A DNA stretch of 64,000 bases. Source: Mesorhizobium sp. (GTDB lineage: Bacteria > Pseudomonadota > Alphaproteobacteria > Rhizobiales > Rhizobiaceae). The stretch lies in NCBI RefSeq assembly GCF_004020545.1, contig NZ_SAQE01000006.1; one strand, 5' to 3'. Position numbers and translations under genes: made by a program. The notes beneath the pieces are model-generated. The model was not told where the DNA came from and made no database searches. It saw only the letters and a program-made list of their open reading frames with translations. Shown piece by piece: positions 1 through 9,615 of the stretch. Positions within the stretch are counted from its first letter, which is position 1. Each line of letters begins with the position of its first letter.

Positions 1-814
1 AGGTGCCATCGAGAGCCGCCTGAACGCGGCTGATGTAGTACGGACCCCACTCGTCGGTCAGCGAGGTCAAGGCCGCATTCGGCGCAAACTTGATCATATC
101 GGAGGACTGGCCGAAGCCGTGCAGCTTGCGCTCCTCGGCGACCTGCAGCGCGGCGGTCGAGTCCGTGTGCTGGACGATGATGTCGGCGCCCTGGTCGAAC
201 AGCGCCTTGGCGGCGTCGGCTTCCTTGCCCGGATCGAACCAGGAGTTCACCCACACGATCTTGACCTTGAAGTCGGGATTGACCGACTGCGCGCCGAGCA
301 TGAAGGAGTTGATGCCCATCACCACCTCGGGGATCGGGAAGGAGACGATGTAGCCGGCCAGCCCCTTCTTCGATTCCTTGGCCGCGATCTGGCCGAGCAC
401 GTAGCGGCCTTCATAGAAGCGCGCATTGTAGATGCCGAGATTCTTGCCGGTCTTGTAGCCGGTAGCATGCTCGAACATCACCTTCGGGAACTTCTTGGCG
501 ACCTTCACCTCGGCGTCCATGAAGCCGAAGGAAGTGCCGAAGATGATCTTGCACTTCTCGCGCGCCAGGCGCTCGAAGGCGCGGTCGGCGTCGGGGCCTT
601 CCGAGACGTTCTCGAGATAGGCGGTCTCGACCTTGTCGCCGAGCGCCTTCTCCACTTCCAGGCGGCCCTGGTCGTGCTGGTAGGAATAGCCGAAGTCGCC
701 GATCGGACCCGTGTAGACCCAGCAGGCCTTCAGCTTGTCGGCCGCCTCGGCGGTTGCCGCCAGCGACAGGGCCGCGGCCGTGGTCATAAGCGCAATAAGC
801 AGTTTCTTCATCAT
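1..814 (-). CDS. BMP-family (PnrA/Med-like) ABC transporter substrate-binding lipoprotein; C-terminus lies beyond the window edge
   Basis: My own reverse-strand translation from ATG 814 gives MMKKLLIALMTTAAALSLAATAEAADKLKACWVYTGPIGDFGYSYQHDQGRLEVEKALGDK...SWFDPGKEADAAKALFDQGADIIVQHTDS (signal peptide plus BMP-family core). The frame stays open to position 1, so it is absent from the ORF track. It is the last gene of the 4469->1 ABC operon. Confidence 0.85.
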   Translation of the reverse strand, partial: MMKKLLIALMTTAAALSLAATAEAADKLKACWVYTGPIGDFGYSYQHDQGRLEVEKALGDKVETAYLENVSEGPDADRAFERLAREKCKIIFGTSFGFMDAEVKVAKKFPKVMFEHATGYKTGKNLGIYNARFYEGRYVLGQIAAKESKKGLAGYIVSFPIPEVVMGINSFMLGAQSVNPDFKVKIVWVNSWFDPGKEADAAKALFDQGADIIVQHTDSTAALQVAEERKLHGFGQSSDMIKFAPNAALTSLTDEWGPYYISRVQAALDGT

Positions 815-862
815 GTTACCTCTCTGAATTGAGCCTTGGAGCTTCCCGTCTTTTTGTTGTTG

Positions 863-1783
863 TCAACGATCCGGAACAAATGGCTGCCCCAACGAAGCCG
901 GCGTGTTCATCATCGTCAGCCGCTTGTTGCGCGAGATTAGAACGAGAACCACGATAGTTGCCAGATAGGGCAGCGAAGAAAGAAACTGTGAAGGCACGGG
1001 AATGCCAAAAGCCTGTGCATGAAGCTGGCCGATCCACACCGCGCCGAAGATGTAGGCACCCGCAAGCACCCGCCACGGACGCCAGGAAGCGAACACCACC
1101 AGCGCCAGCGCGATCCAGCCGCGGCCGGCGCTCATGTTCTCGACCCATTGCGGCGTATAGACCAGCGACAAGTGTCCGCCGGCAAGGCCGGCGCAAGCGC
1201 CGCCGAAGGTCACGGCGAGATAGCGGTAGCGGATGACCTGGATGCCGAGCGCATGCGCCGACGAGTGACTGTCGCCGATGGAGCGGAGCGTGAGGCCGGT
1301 GCGCGTCTTGAACAGGAACCACATCACGCCGGCGGTGAGCGCGATCGAGATGTAGAACACCGGATCCTGGCCGAAGATCAGCCTGCCGACGACCGGGATT
1401 GAGCTCAGGCCGGGGATATCGAGGTTGGGCAGCCTGACGCCCGGCTGGCCAACGAAGCTGGTGCCGATCATGCCGGAAAGGCCAAGACCGAGCAGCGTGA
1501 GCGACAGGCCGGTCGCCACCTGGTTGGTGGCCAAGGATAGCGTCATCACGGCGAAGAGCAGCGAAAACAGCGCGCCGACGATGATCGCGGCAAGCAGACC
1601 GATCCAGGGCGACCCGGTGAGATAGCCGGCGCCGAAGCCGCCGACGGCGCCCATGATCATCATGCCTTCGACGCCGAGGTTGAGCACGCCGGAGCGCTCC
1701 ACCACCAGCTCGCCGATGGCAGCGATCAAGAGCGGCGTCGCCGCAGTGGCGATGGTCAAAAGGATGTTGACGGTGATGTCCAT
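863..1783 (-). CDS. ABC transporter permease (BMP/nucleoside-sugar type system)
   Basis: 306-aa polytopic hydrophobic frame from ATG 1783 (MDITVNILLTIATAATPLLIAAIGELVVERSGVLNLGVEGMM...). The ATG shares one base with the TGA of the upstream permease. The 508-aa track ORF is only a 5' extension running antisense/out of frame through the neighbouring gene. Confidence 0.88.
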   Translation of the reverse strand: MDITVNILLTIATAATPLLIAAIGELVVERSGVLNLGVEGMMIMGAVGGFGAGYLTGSPWIGLLAAIIVGALFSLLFAVMTLSLATNQVATGLSLTLLGLGLSGMIGTSFVGQPGVRLPNLDIPGLSSIPVVGRLIFGQDPVFYISIALTAGVMWFLFKTRTGLTLRSIGDSHSSAHALGIQVIRYRYLAVTFGGACAGLAGGHLSLVYTPQWVENMSAGRGWIALALVVFASWRPWRVLAGAYIFGAVWIGQLHAQAFGIPVPSQFLSSLPYLATIVVLVLISRNKRLTMMNTPASLGQPFVPDR

Positions 1784-2895
1784 CAGCGTGCCTCCTCCAG
1801 CTTGGGCGCGGCCTCGAGTTTCGGCGCGGCAAAGCCGATCAGACGAATGCGGTAGTGAATGAGCGTGTCGCAGCCGAGCACGAAGAACAGAAGCATGCCC
1901 TGGAAGACGCGCGCCACCTTGTCGGAGATGCCGAGCGCGCTCTGCACCGCCTCGCCGCCGAGATAGGTCAGCGCCAGCACCAGGCCTGCGGCGACGATGC
2001 CCAGCGGATTGAGCCGGCCGAGGAAGGCGACGATGATGGCGGTGAAGCCATAGCCGGGCGAAATCACCGGCTGCAACTGACCGATGGCGCCGGACACCTC
2101 CGAGATGCCGGCAAGCCCTGCAAGCGCGCCGGACAAAAGGAAGGTGAAGAACACCATCCTGTTGAAGCCGAAGCCGGCGAAGCGCCCTGCCCTCGGGCTC
2201 GAGCCCAGCACGCGGACCTCGAAACCCTTCAGCATGCGGCTCATCATCAGCCAGATCCCTATCGCCGCGACCAGCGCGAAGACGAAGCCCCAATTGGCGC
2301 GGCCGGCATCCGGCATCAGCTCCGGCAGGATGGCCGAGTCGCCGAACTGGATGGTCTGCGGGAAGCCATGGCCCTGCGGGTCGCGCCACGGTCCGCGCAC
2401 CAGCCAGTCGAGGAAGAGCTGCGCGACATAGACCAGCATCAGACTGGTCAGGATCTCGTTCGTGCTGAAGCGGGTTTTCAGCAGCGCCGGGATGGCGGCG
2501 TAGAGGGCGCCGCCAACCATGCCGAGCAACAGCATCAGCGGCAGCACCAACGGACCTTCAAACTCCGGGAAGAGCACCGGGATGATCGAACCGAAGATGC
2601 CGCCGAGGATGAACTGGCCTTCGGCGCCGATATTCCAGATGTTGGCCTTGTAGCAGACCGACAGGCCGACCGCGATCAGGATGAGCGGGGCGGCCTTGAT
2701 CGCCAGTTCATGCAACTGCCAGACCTCGCTGATCGGCTGAAAGAAATAGACATTGAACGCGTTGAACGGATTGACGCCGAGCAACGCGAACAGAACCGCG
2801 CCGGCAATCATCGTCAGCGCGAAGGCGATGAAAGGCGAGAGCACCGAAAACAGCGCCGAGCGCTGCGGGCGTTTGACCAGTTCGAGGCGCATCAT
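1783..2895 (-). CDS. ABC transporter permease (BMP/nucleoside-sugar type system)
   Basis: 370-aa hydrophobic ORF (MMRLELVKRPQRSALFSVLSPFIAFALTMIAGAVLF...). It has an ATGA start/stop overlap with the ATPase gene at 2892-2895. Confidence 0.88.
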   Translation of the reverse strand: MMRLELVKRPQRSALFSVLSPFIAFALTMIAGAVLFALLGVNPFNAFNVYFFQPISEVWQLHELAIKAAPLILIAVGLSVCYKANIWNIGAEGQFILGGIFGSIIPVLFPEFEGPLVLPLMLLLGMVGGALYAAIPALLKTRFSTNEILTSLMLVYVAQLFLDWLVRGPWRDPQGHGFPQTIQFGDSAILPELMPDAGRANWGFVFALVAAIGIWLMMSRMLKGFEVRVLGSSPRAGRFAGFGFNRMVFFTFLLSGALAGLAGISEVSGAIGQLQPVISPGYGFTAIIVAFLGRLNPLGIVAAGLVLALTYLGGEAVQSALGISDKVARVFQGMLLFFVLGCDTLIHYRIRLIGFAAPKLEAAPKLEEAR

Positions 2896-4469
2896 GCCGT
2901 CTCCATGGTGTGTTCGGCGTGGCCGGGCTCGGCGCCGCCCATCAACAGGCCGATCTTCTCGAAGGTGGCTTCGGCGATTGGAAGCGGCGCCGACAATTGG
3001 CCGTTGTGCATGACCGCGATGGCGTCCGACAGTTCGAACAATTCGTCGAGGTCCTGGCTGATAACAAGGACCGCCGAGCCGCTGCGGGCAAGCTCGATCA
3101 GCGCCTGGCGGATATGGGCGGCGGCACCCGCGTCGACGCCCCAGGTCGGCTGGTTGACGATGAGCACGCTCGGCTTGCGGTCGAGCTCGCGGCCGACGAT
3201 GAATTTCTGCAGATTGCCACCGGACAACGCTGCCGCTTCCGGATCGGGCGCGCTTTTGCGCACGTCCATCGCCGCGATGATGCGCTGCGCGGCGCTGTAG
3301 ACGGAGGCGTTCTTGACCATGCCGCCGGAGCCGACGAACGACTTGCCGTCGGTGGCATGGCGCGAGAGCAGCAGGTTCTCCGAAAGCTTCATCCGGGGCG
3401 CCGCGCCGTGGCCGAGGCGCTCCTCCGGCACGAAGGCGGCGCCCATCAGCCGCCGGCCGGTGATCGGCAGGCCACCGGCATCCTTGCCGCGGATGCGCAC
3501 CGCGCCTGGATCCTGCTGCAGCACCTCGCCGGAGACGGATTCGAAGAGCTCGCCCTGGCCGTTGCCGGCGACCCCGGCGATGCCGATCACTTCGCCGGCG
3601 CGTACCGTGAGATTGATGTTCTTGAGCGGAATGGCGAAAGGCGTCGCCGGCTTGCGTGTAAGCCCGCGGATTTCAAGCAGCGCCGGCGCGGTTTCGATGC
3701 CTTCGGCAGGCGCGCGCACCACCGCCTTGATCTCGTTGCCGACCATCATACGGGCGAGCGAGGCGGCCGTCTCCTGGCGCGGGTTGCAGTGGCCGACCAC
3801 CTTGCCGTGGCGCAGCACGGTGGCACGGTCGCAGATACGTTTGACCTCTTCCAGCCGGTGCGAAATGTAGAGAATGGATTTGCCTTCCGCGCGCAGCCGC
3901 TCGAGCGTCTCAAACAGTTTGTCGGCTTCCTGCGGCGTCAGCACGGAGGTCGGCTCGTCGAGGATGATGAGTTGCGGCGTCTGCAGCAGGCAGCGGATGA
4001 TCTCGATGCGCTGGCGCTCGCCGACGGAGAGATCGCCGACCAGCGTTTCAGGATCGAGCGGCAGGCCGTAGCTGTAGGAGAGCGCCCTCGCCTTCGCGGC
4101 AATGGCGCTGATCGGCGAGCCGTCGTTGAGTGAGAGCGCTATGTTCTCGGCCGCCGTCAGCGCCTCGAACAGCGAGAAATGCTGGAAGACCATACCGATG
4201 CCGAGCTTTTTCGCCACACCCGGGCTGGTGATCTTGACAGCCTTGCCGTCCCAAAAAATCTCGCCCGAATTCGGCTCGAGCGATCCGAACAGCATCTTGA
4301 CCAGCGTCGACTTGCCGGCGCCGTTCTCGCCGAGCAGGGCATGGATCTCGCCCTTCGCGATGTTGAGGTCGATATGGTCGCACGCCGTCAGCGTGCCGAA
4401 AACCTTCGTAAGGCTGCGAACCTCGAGCAGATTCGCCCTGTCATGATTTGCACTCACAGTGCCTCCCAT
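2892..4469 (-). CDS. ABC transporter ATP-binding protein with duplicated ATPase domains
   Basis: 525-aa ORF with two Walker A loops (GENGAGKST, GVAGNGQGELF) and signature motifs (LSVGERQRIEI, LSGGNLQKF). It is the first gene of the operon. A GTG at 4457, preceded by GGGAGG, is an alternative start. Confidence 0.9.
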   Translation of the reverse strand: MGGTVSANHDRANLLEVRSLTKVFGTLTACDHIDLNIAKGEIHALLGENGAGKSTLVKMLFGSLEPNSGEIFWDGKAVKITSPGVAKKLGIGMVFQHFSLFEALTAAENIALSLNDGSPISAIAAKARALSYSYGLPLDPETLVGDLSVGERQRIEIIRCLLQTPQLIILDEPTSVLTPQEADKLFETLERLRAEGKSILYISHRLEEVKRICDRATVLRHGKVVGHCNPRQETAASLARMMVGNEIKAVVRAPAEGIETAPALLEIRGLTRKPATPFAIPLKNINLTVRAGEVIGIAGVAGNGQGELFESVSGEVLQQDPGAVRIRGKDAGGLPITGRRLMGAAFVPEERLGHGAAPRMKLSENLLLSRHATDGKSFVGSGGMVKNASVYSAAQRIIAAMDVRKSAPDPEAAALSGGNLQKFIVGRELDRKPSVLIVNQPTWGVDAGAAAHIRQALIELARSGSAVLVISQDLDELFELSDAIAVMHNGQLSAPLPIAEATFEKIGLLMGGAEPGHAEHTMETA

Positions 4470-4683
4470 CCAGTTACCCGGATATGTTCTGTGTTCCCGC
4501 TAGTATCGTATGCGCGGCCGGCTTCGGTCGGAAAGCGGCACCCAACTTGAAAGAGCTTCAAGAATTCCAGCGGAAACTCAAGGGGTAAGATACACCTATT
4601 GGGAGCTTGCGAAAAACCGGCGGGCCTTTCGGGCAAACCGTGCCCTCATCCACGGCATGGCGCTGAAGAACGAGGCAGCCGGC

Positions 4684-5661
4684 TCAGGGAATGAGGACGG
4701 TCGTGCCGGTCGTCTTGCGGCCTTCAAGATCGGATTGCGCCTTTGCCGCGTCCTTCAGCGCATAGCGCTGGTTGATTTTAATCTCGACGGCGCCGCTCAG
4801 CACCACATCGAAGAGCGCCCCGGCCGACGCCACCAGATCCTCGCGCTTGGCGTTGTAGACGAAGATCGTCGGCCGGGTTGCGTAGAGCGAGCCTTTCTGG
4901 GCCAGAAGCGATATCGAGAAAGGCGGGATCGGCCCGGACGATTGGCCGAAGCTGACGAACATGCCGAGCGGCCTCAGGCAATCGAGCGAGGCGGGAAAGG
5001 TGTCGTTACCTACGGAATCATAGACGACGTCGCATTTCCGGCCGCCGGTGAAGGCGGCAACGCCGGCGACGAAATCCTGCTCCTTGTAATTGACGACATG
5101 GTCAAAACCATGCGCTTTGGCGAGTTCGATCTTGTCGGCGGAGCTCGCCGTGCCGATCACGGTCGCGCCGAGATGCTTTGCCCATTGGCCGAGGATGAGA
5201 CCGACGCCGCCGGCGGCGGCGTGGTAGAGGATCGTGTCGCCTGCCTTCACATGATAAGTGCGGCGCAGCAGATATTCCGCCGTCATGCCCTTCAGCATCA
5301 TGGCCGCGGCCTGCTCGTCGCTGATGCCGTCCGGTAGCTTGACCACGCGGTCGGCGGCGATCACCCGTTCCTCGCAATAAGCGCCGACATTGACGGCATA
5401 GGCGATGCGGTCGCCCGGCGTCAGCCAGTCGACGCCGTCGCCGACGGCCAGCACCACGCCGGCCGCCTCGCCGCCTGGGATCAGCGGGAAGCCGCCGGGC
5501 GGTGGGTAAAGGCCCGAACGATGATAGACGTCGATGAAGTTGAGGCCGATCGCGGTATGCCTGACCAGGACCTGTCCGGCACCTGGCTGGCCGGGATCGG
5601 CATCCTCATAGGTCAGGACTTCGGGGCCGCCATGGGCGTGGATGCGGATTGCCTTGGACAT
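4684..5661 (-). CDS. qor: NADPH:quinone oxidoreductase (zeta-crystallin/MDR family)
   Basis: 325 aa: MSKAIRIHAHGGPEVLTYEDADPGQPGAGQVLVRHTAIGLNFIDVYHRSGLYPPP..., with an AAAGGVG nucleotide-binding loop. This is the typical Qor length and layout. Confidence 0.85.
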   Translation of the reverse strand: MSKAIRIHAHGGPEVLTYEDADPGQPGAGQVLVRHTAIGLNFIDVYHRSGLYPPPGGFPLIPGGEAAGVVLAVGDGVDWLTPGDRIAYAVNVGAYCEERVIAADRVVKLPDGISDEQAAAMMLKGMTAEYLLRRTYHVKAGDTILYHAAAGGVGLILGQWAKHLGATVIGTASSADKIELAKAHGFDHVVNYKEQDFVAGVAAFTGGRKCDVVYDSVGNDTFPASLDCLRPLGMFVSFGQSSGPIPPFSISLLAQKGSLYATRPTIFVYNAKREDLVASAGALFDVVLSGAVEIKINQRYALKDAAKAQSDLEGRKTTGTTVLIP

Positions 5662-5694
5662 CGCTCAACTCTCTCGAGGTATGGACAGGACCCA

Positions 5695-5743
5695 GAGCAT
5701 GATCCCGAAAGGTGGGAACCGGTTTTCGGAAAAGATCATGCTC
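5695..5743. repeat. Long imperfect hairpin / Rhizobiales-type intergenic element between qor and pcs
   Basis: GAGCATGATCCCGAAA-ggtgggaaccggt-TTTCGGaaaaGATCATGCTC. The 10-bp outer arms (5695-5704 / 5734-5743) and the 6-bp inner arms are perfect complements. Confidence 0.5.
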
Positions 5744-5758
5744 CAACAAAAAGTTAGG

Positions 5759-6577
5759 TCAGGGCTTCTTGGCGCCAAGATCGGGGAACAACTGCATGAT
5801 CCCCCCGATGCAGGCGAGATAGAGCCCGGTGATGGTGATGCCGATCTTGGTGAAGTCGCTGACCTGCTCACCCAGGACGCCGATCTGGTTGTAGAAGCTG
5901 GCGAGTGCGGCCTGCGCCAGCGCAAGCGCGCCGAAGGCGCACCACAAAAGGAACATGCCGAGATTGAGCGATCGGAGCCGGACCACCCGCACCGGGTGAA
6001 TGAAGTTGATCGGCAGGAAGGTGAGGATGCCGGCGACCACGACCACGGCGAAGGAAACCCACGGTCCCGGTTCGATGACGAAGAGCGTGAACACCACCAT
6101 GTTCCAGACCACCGGGAATCCCTTGAAGAAGTTCTCCTTCGTCTTCATGCCGGTGTCCGCGTAGTAGATCGCGCTCGACACCACGATGATTGCCGCCGAC
6201 AGGAAGGACAGGTTCTCGCCCATGAAGCCGCGCTGGTAGAGCGCGAAGGCCGGGATGAGCACATAGGTCACGTAGTCGATGATGTTGTCGAGCATCTCCC
6301 CCGACCAGGTCGGCAGGATCTCCTTGACTTCGAGCTTCCTGGCGATTGGACCGTCTATGCCGTCGACGAAGAGGGCCAGCCCCAGCCACCAGAACATCGC
6401 TGTCCAGCGCTCCTCGCTCGCCGCGACCAGCGATAGGAAAGCCAGGAACGAACCGGACGCGGTCAGCAAGTGCACGGAAAAAGCGCGTGCCTGCGGCCAC
6501 GTCACTTTCTTCTTGGGCCGCGGAATCCGCTCCGCGATCTTCTTGGCCGCTTTCCTGGCCGCTGTGTTCTTGCTCAC
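5759..6577 (-). CDS. pcs: Phosphatidylcholine synthase (CDP-alcohol phosphatidyltransferase family)
   Basis: 272 aa with the CDP-alcohol motif DGIDGPIARKLEVKEILPTWSGEMLDNIIDYVTY and multiple TM segments. The GTG start overlaps the TGA of the upstream DUF1326 gene (GTGA, 6574-6577). Confidence 0.85.
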   Translation of the reverse strand: MSKNTAARKAAKKIAERIPRPKKKVTWPQARAFSVHLLTASGSFLAFLSLVAASEERWTAMFWWLGLALFVDGIDGPIARKLEVKEILPTWSGEMLDNIIDYVTYVLIPAFALYQRGFMGENLSFLSAAIIVVSSAIYYADTGMKTKENFFKGFPVVWNMVVFTLFVIEPGPWVSFAVVVVAGILTFLPINFIHPVRVVRLRSLNLGMFLLWCAFGALALAQAALASFYNQIGVLGEQVSDFTKIGITITGLYLACIGGIMQLFPDLGAKKP

Positions 6578-7188
6578 GGTCCCCGCCAGTCCAGCTTGCA
6601 GATCTCGGCCGAACGGCCGGCGAAATTCCAGTTGCGGCCAAAGGCGCGCATCTTGCTCTTGTCGGACTTCGCCACGATGATTTCCGGCGCGATCCAGTAT
6701 TCGGAATTGGTGATCACGGTATCCTTCTCGCGGTCCTTTCCAGGGATAGGCGTCACCGCGCCGTCGATAATCCTCGGTATCTGGAAGACGCGCGTCTTGT
6801 CACGCGTCTCGTAAATGATAGGCACCTGCTCGACGCCGAGAAATTTGCCGACCAGGATCGACAGCAGCGATGTGGTCCCGCCGGCCTTGCCGGTGAAGAT
6901 TTTTGTCAGGGCCTTCACCGCATAGACCGAGGCGCGCTTGTCGATGAACAGGCCTGCGGTCCAATTGCCGCGGCTCATATAGCCCGGGATTTCCATGACC
7001 AGCCCAAGATTGAGCCCGGAAAGATCGACCTCACCGAAATGGCCGGCATCGATGCGAAAGCCAGCCCAGGTCTGGCAATAGCCCTCGGTCGGCGGATGGC
7101 TGCCGAGCGACAGAACGCAGGGGCAAAAAACCGTGCAATTGCAGGAGAGCACCAGCTCTCCCTTCATTGCCCAGCTTTGATCCGTCAT
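6574..7188 (-). CDS. DUF1326 domain-containing protein
   Basis: 204 aa: MTDQSWAMKGELVLSCNCTVFCPCVLSLGSHPPTEGYCQTWAGFRIDAGHFG... (the Cys-rich N-terminus characteristic of DUF1326 as I recall it). The SD GGGGAGA precedes ATG 7188. Confidence 0.75.
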   Translation of the reverse strand: MTDQSWAMKGELVLSCNCTVFCPCVLSLGSHPPTEGYCQTWAGFRIDAGHFGEVDLSGLNLGLVMEIPGYMSRGNWTAGLFIDKRASVYAVKALTKIFTGKAGGTTSLLSILVGKFLGVEQVPIIYETRDKTRVFQIPRIIDGAVTPIPGKDREKDTVITNSEYWIAPEIIVAKSDKSKMRAFGRNWNFAGRSAEICKLDWRGP

Positions 7189-7200
7189 CGAATTCTCCCC

Positions 7201-8094
7201 TCACGCCGAAACTAATAGCAGGGCGGCAGCCCACACAAGCAGTATCGCACCCGCTGCCTGGCTTGCCACCCTGCCTGTGGTCTGTTTTTCGATCAGGGTG
7301 AACAGGCCGATCAGCGCCATCCAGAAGATGTTCATCGCCCCGACGGCGAACATCACCAGCATCAGCGCCCAGCAGCAGCCGAGGCACCAGACGCCCTGCT
7401 CCATCCCCAGGCGAAAGATGCGCCCGGGTTTCGCGCTCCAGTTGGCGAACAGGATCGAGAACGGATTCCGGCATTTCTTCAGGCAGGCCTGCTTCAGGCC
7501 GCTGAATTGATAGAGGCCGGCAACCGCCAGGGCGGCCGCCCCGGCAAACCCTACGACAGGATCGAGCACCTGCCCCGAGGCGGCAAAAGCATAGATCGTA
7601 AGCGTCAGCGCTGCGAACACCACCGAGGCGGCAAGCCAGGTCGCGAGGTATCCTGCCACCAGAACCAGCGGATGGACCACCGGCTCCCTCTTGATCCGGG
7701 CCGTATCCGCAATCTCGCAATAGGTTCGGATCATCGGCGCTGCCGAAGGCAGCATCGCCGCCACAGCCATCAGGAACCACATCAGGATAAGCGCCAGCGC
7801 CTGCACGCCCGCGGAGCCAGCAAGCGGCGCGGGCGCAAGGCACAGGGCAAAAAAGCGGTCGAGGAAATACGGCAGCGGCAAGCGCGGCAGGTCCTTGAGC
7901 AGGGCATCGCCCGGAGCGCCACCGGCCAGGCGGCCTTCGGCGCCGCGTATCGCCATGGCAGCGAGGATGAACCAGGCAAGCATGATGCCCGCGCTGATGA
8001 TGAGCGTCACCGCAAGGCGCGGGCTGCGCGCAAGTCCCGCCGTGGCGCGGCCGGCGCGGTCTAGATGGCTGAAATCGTGCTCCTGGCCGGTCAT
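7201..8094 (-). CDS. DUF2182 family integral membrane protein (putative metal-binding)
   Basis: Polytopic protein from ATG 8094 (MTGQEHDFSHLDRAG...MWFLMAVAAMLPSAAPMIRTY...CLGCCWALMLVMF...). It is the usual partner of DUF1326, whose start lies 12 nt downstream. The longer track ORF start (8265) would run into the divergent ubiH-like promoter region. Confidence 0.7.
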   Translation of the reverse strand: MTGQEHDFSHLDRAGRATAGLARSPRLAVTLIISAGIMLAWFILAAMAIRGAEGRLAGGAPGDALLKDLPRLPLPYFLDRFFALCLAPAPLAGSAGVQALALILMWFLMAVAAMLPSAAPMIRTYCEIADTARIKREPVVHPLVLVAGYLATWLAASVVFAALTLTIYAFAASGQVLDPVVGFAGAAALAVAGLYQFSGLKQACLKKCRNPFSILFANWSAKPGRIFRLGMEQGVWCLGCCWALMLVMFAVGAMNIFWMALIGLFTLIEKQTTGRVASQAAGAILLVWAAALLLVSA

Positions 8095-8198
8095 GGCAAT
8101 CGAATGGGCCGAATCGCCGCGTTGATCAACCCTGCCGATCTGCCCTATATCCGCATATAGGTCCGACGGGGGCCGCCCATCACCCATGGAAGCCTGGC

Positions 8199-9410
8199 GT
8201 GGAGCAGAACGACAAAGCCCGCATATTGGTTGCCGGCAGCGGCCAGGCCGGCCTGATCGCAGCACTCGGCTTTGCCGAGGCAGGCTTTGCCGTGACGCTG
8301 GCAGGCCCCGACGTCACCAGCAGCGACGCCCGCACCACCGCCCTCATGAACCCTTCGCTGAAGGTCCTCGACCGGCTGGGCGTGCTTGCCGAACTCACGC
8401 CGCAGGCGGCGCCGCTCAAGGTGATGCGCATCGTCGACGCGACGCGCCGGCTGATCCGCAGCCCGACGGTGACCTTTCGCGCCAGCGAGATCGGCGAGGA
8501 GCAGTTCGGGCTCAATTTGCCGAACAATATCCTGATCTCGGTGCTCGCCAAGGCGGTTGCCGCTCATCTGGGCATCGAGTGGCGAAAGTCGATGGTGGAG
8601 ACATGGCGGCTCGACGCCGACCAGGCCCATGCGAGCCTCGCCGATGGCAGTGAGGTCTCCGCATCGCTGGCAGTCGCCGCCGACGGGCGCCTGTCGCCGG
8701 CACGGGAGGCCGCCGGTATAAAAGCCTCCGCGCGGCCCTACCCTCAGTCAGCGCTCGTCCTCAATTTCAGCCATCGCAGCGAACACGGCTTCATCTCTAC
8801 CGAATTCCACACCGAGACCGGACCGTTCACGCAGGTGCCGCTGCCGGGCAAGCGCTCCAGCCTCGTCTGGGTGGTGAAGCCGGAGACGGCGAAGGAACTC
8901 GCAGCACTCGACGATGCCGCGCTGTCCATCCGCGTCGAGCAGCAGATGCAGTCGATGCTCGGCCGGGTCTCGGTCGAGCCCGGCCGCCAGGTCTATCCGC
9001 TGTCGGCAGCCTCGCCCGGCCGCTTCGCGCAAAACCGCGTGGCGCTGGTCGGCGAAGCCGCGCACGTTTTCCCGCCGATCGGCGCGCAAGGTCTCAACCT
9101 CGGCATCAGAGATATCGAAGATCTGATTGGAATCGCCGGCGAAAACCGCGACGATCCAGGGTCGAGGCTGTGCCTCGCCGCCTATGACACAAGACGTCGT
9201 CCCGACATCCTGGCGCGCAGCAGTGCGGTGAACCTGCTCAACATGTCGCTGCTGTCCGGCATGCTGCCGGCCCAGCTTGCGCGCAGCGCCGGCCTCAACG
9301 TGCTGGGCAGCTTCGCGCCGTTGCGCGCCTTCTTCATGCGCGAAGGCTTGCGGCCCGGCAGCGGCTTTCGCGCACTGGCCGGCGACCTGCGGAAACAGGC
9401 CGTGCGTTAG
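8199..9410 (+). CDS. UbiH/UbiF/VisC/COQ6-family FAD-dependent hydroxylase
   Basis: 403 aa with a GTG start. It has an N-terminal Rossmann motif ILVAGSGQAGLIAALGFA and the late motif GEAAHVFPPIGAQGLNLGIRD typical of this monooxygenase family. Confidence 0.85.
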   Translation: MEQNDKARILVAGSGQAGLIAALGFAEAGFAVTLAGPDVTSSDARTTALMNPSLKVLDRLGVLAELTPQAAPLKVMRIVDATRRLIRSPTVTFRASEIGEEQFGLNLPNNILISVLAKAVAAHLGIEWRKSMVETWRLDADQAHASLADGSEVSASLAVAADGRLSPAREAAGIKASARPYPQSALVLNFSHRSEHGFISTEFHTETGPFTQVPLPGKRSSLVWVVKPETAKELAALDDAALSIRVEQQMQSMLGRVSVEPGRQVYPLSAASPGRFAQNRVALVGEAAHVFPPIGAQGLNLGIRDIEDLIGIAGENRDDPGSRLCLAAYDTRRRPDILARSSAVNLLNMSLLSGMLPAQLARSAGLNVLGSFAPLRAFFMREGLRPGSGFRALAGDLRKQAVR

Positions 9411-9615
9411 GAGCGATATATCTGGACTTCGTGCTTCCGGCGTCCGCCGACACGTAGCAAAGAAACGGCGCCGCGGCGTTGAATCGAGGCAACGTGTGCG
9501 CCAATGGTACCAAGCCGAAAGTCGGGGTCGATTTTTGGCTTCGTGACGTGTAAATTCAAGACCTTAGGCGCCCAAGGCGCAAGCCGTTGATGGCGCCTCG
9601 GGAGTGGTGAGTGCG

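Noticed and set aside
1784-2389. 5' extension of the 508-aa minus-strand ORF 863..2389
   Set aside because: It overlaps the upstream permease gene in another frame. The hydrophobic permease sequence only begins at ATG 1783, which is stop/start-coupled to the upstream gene.
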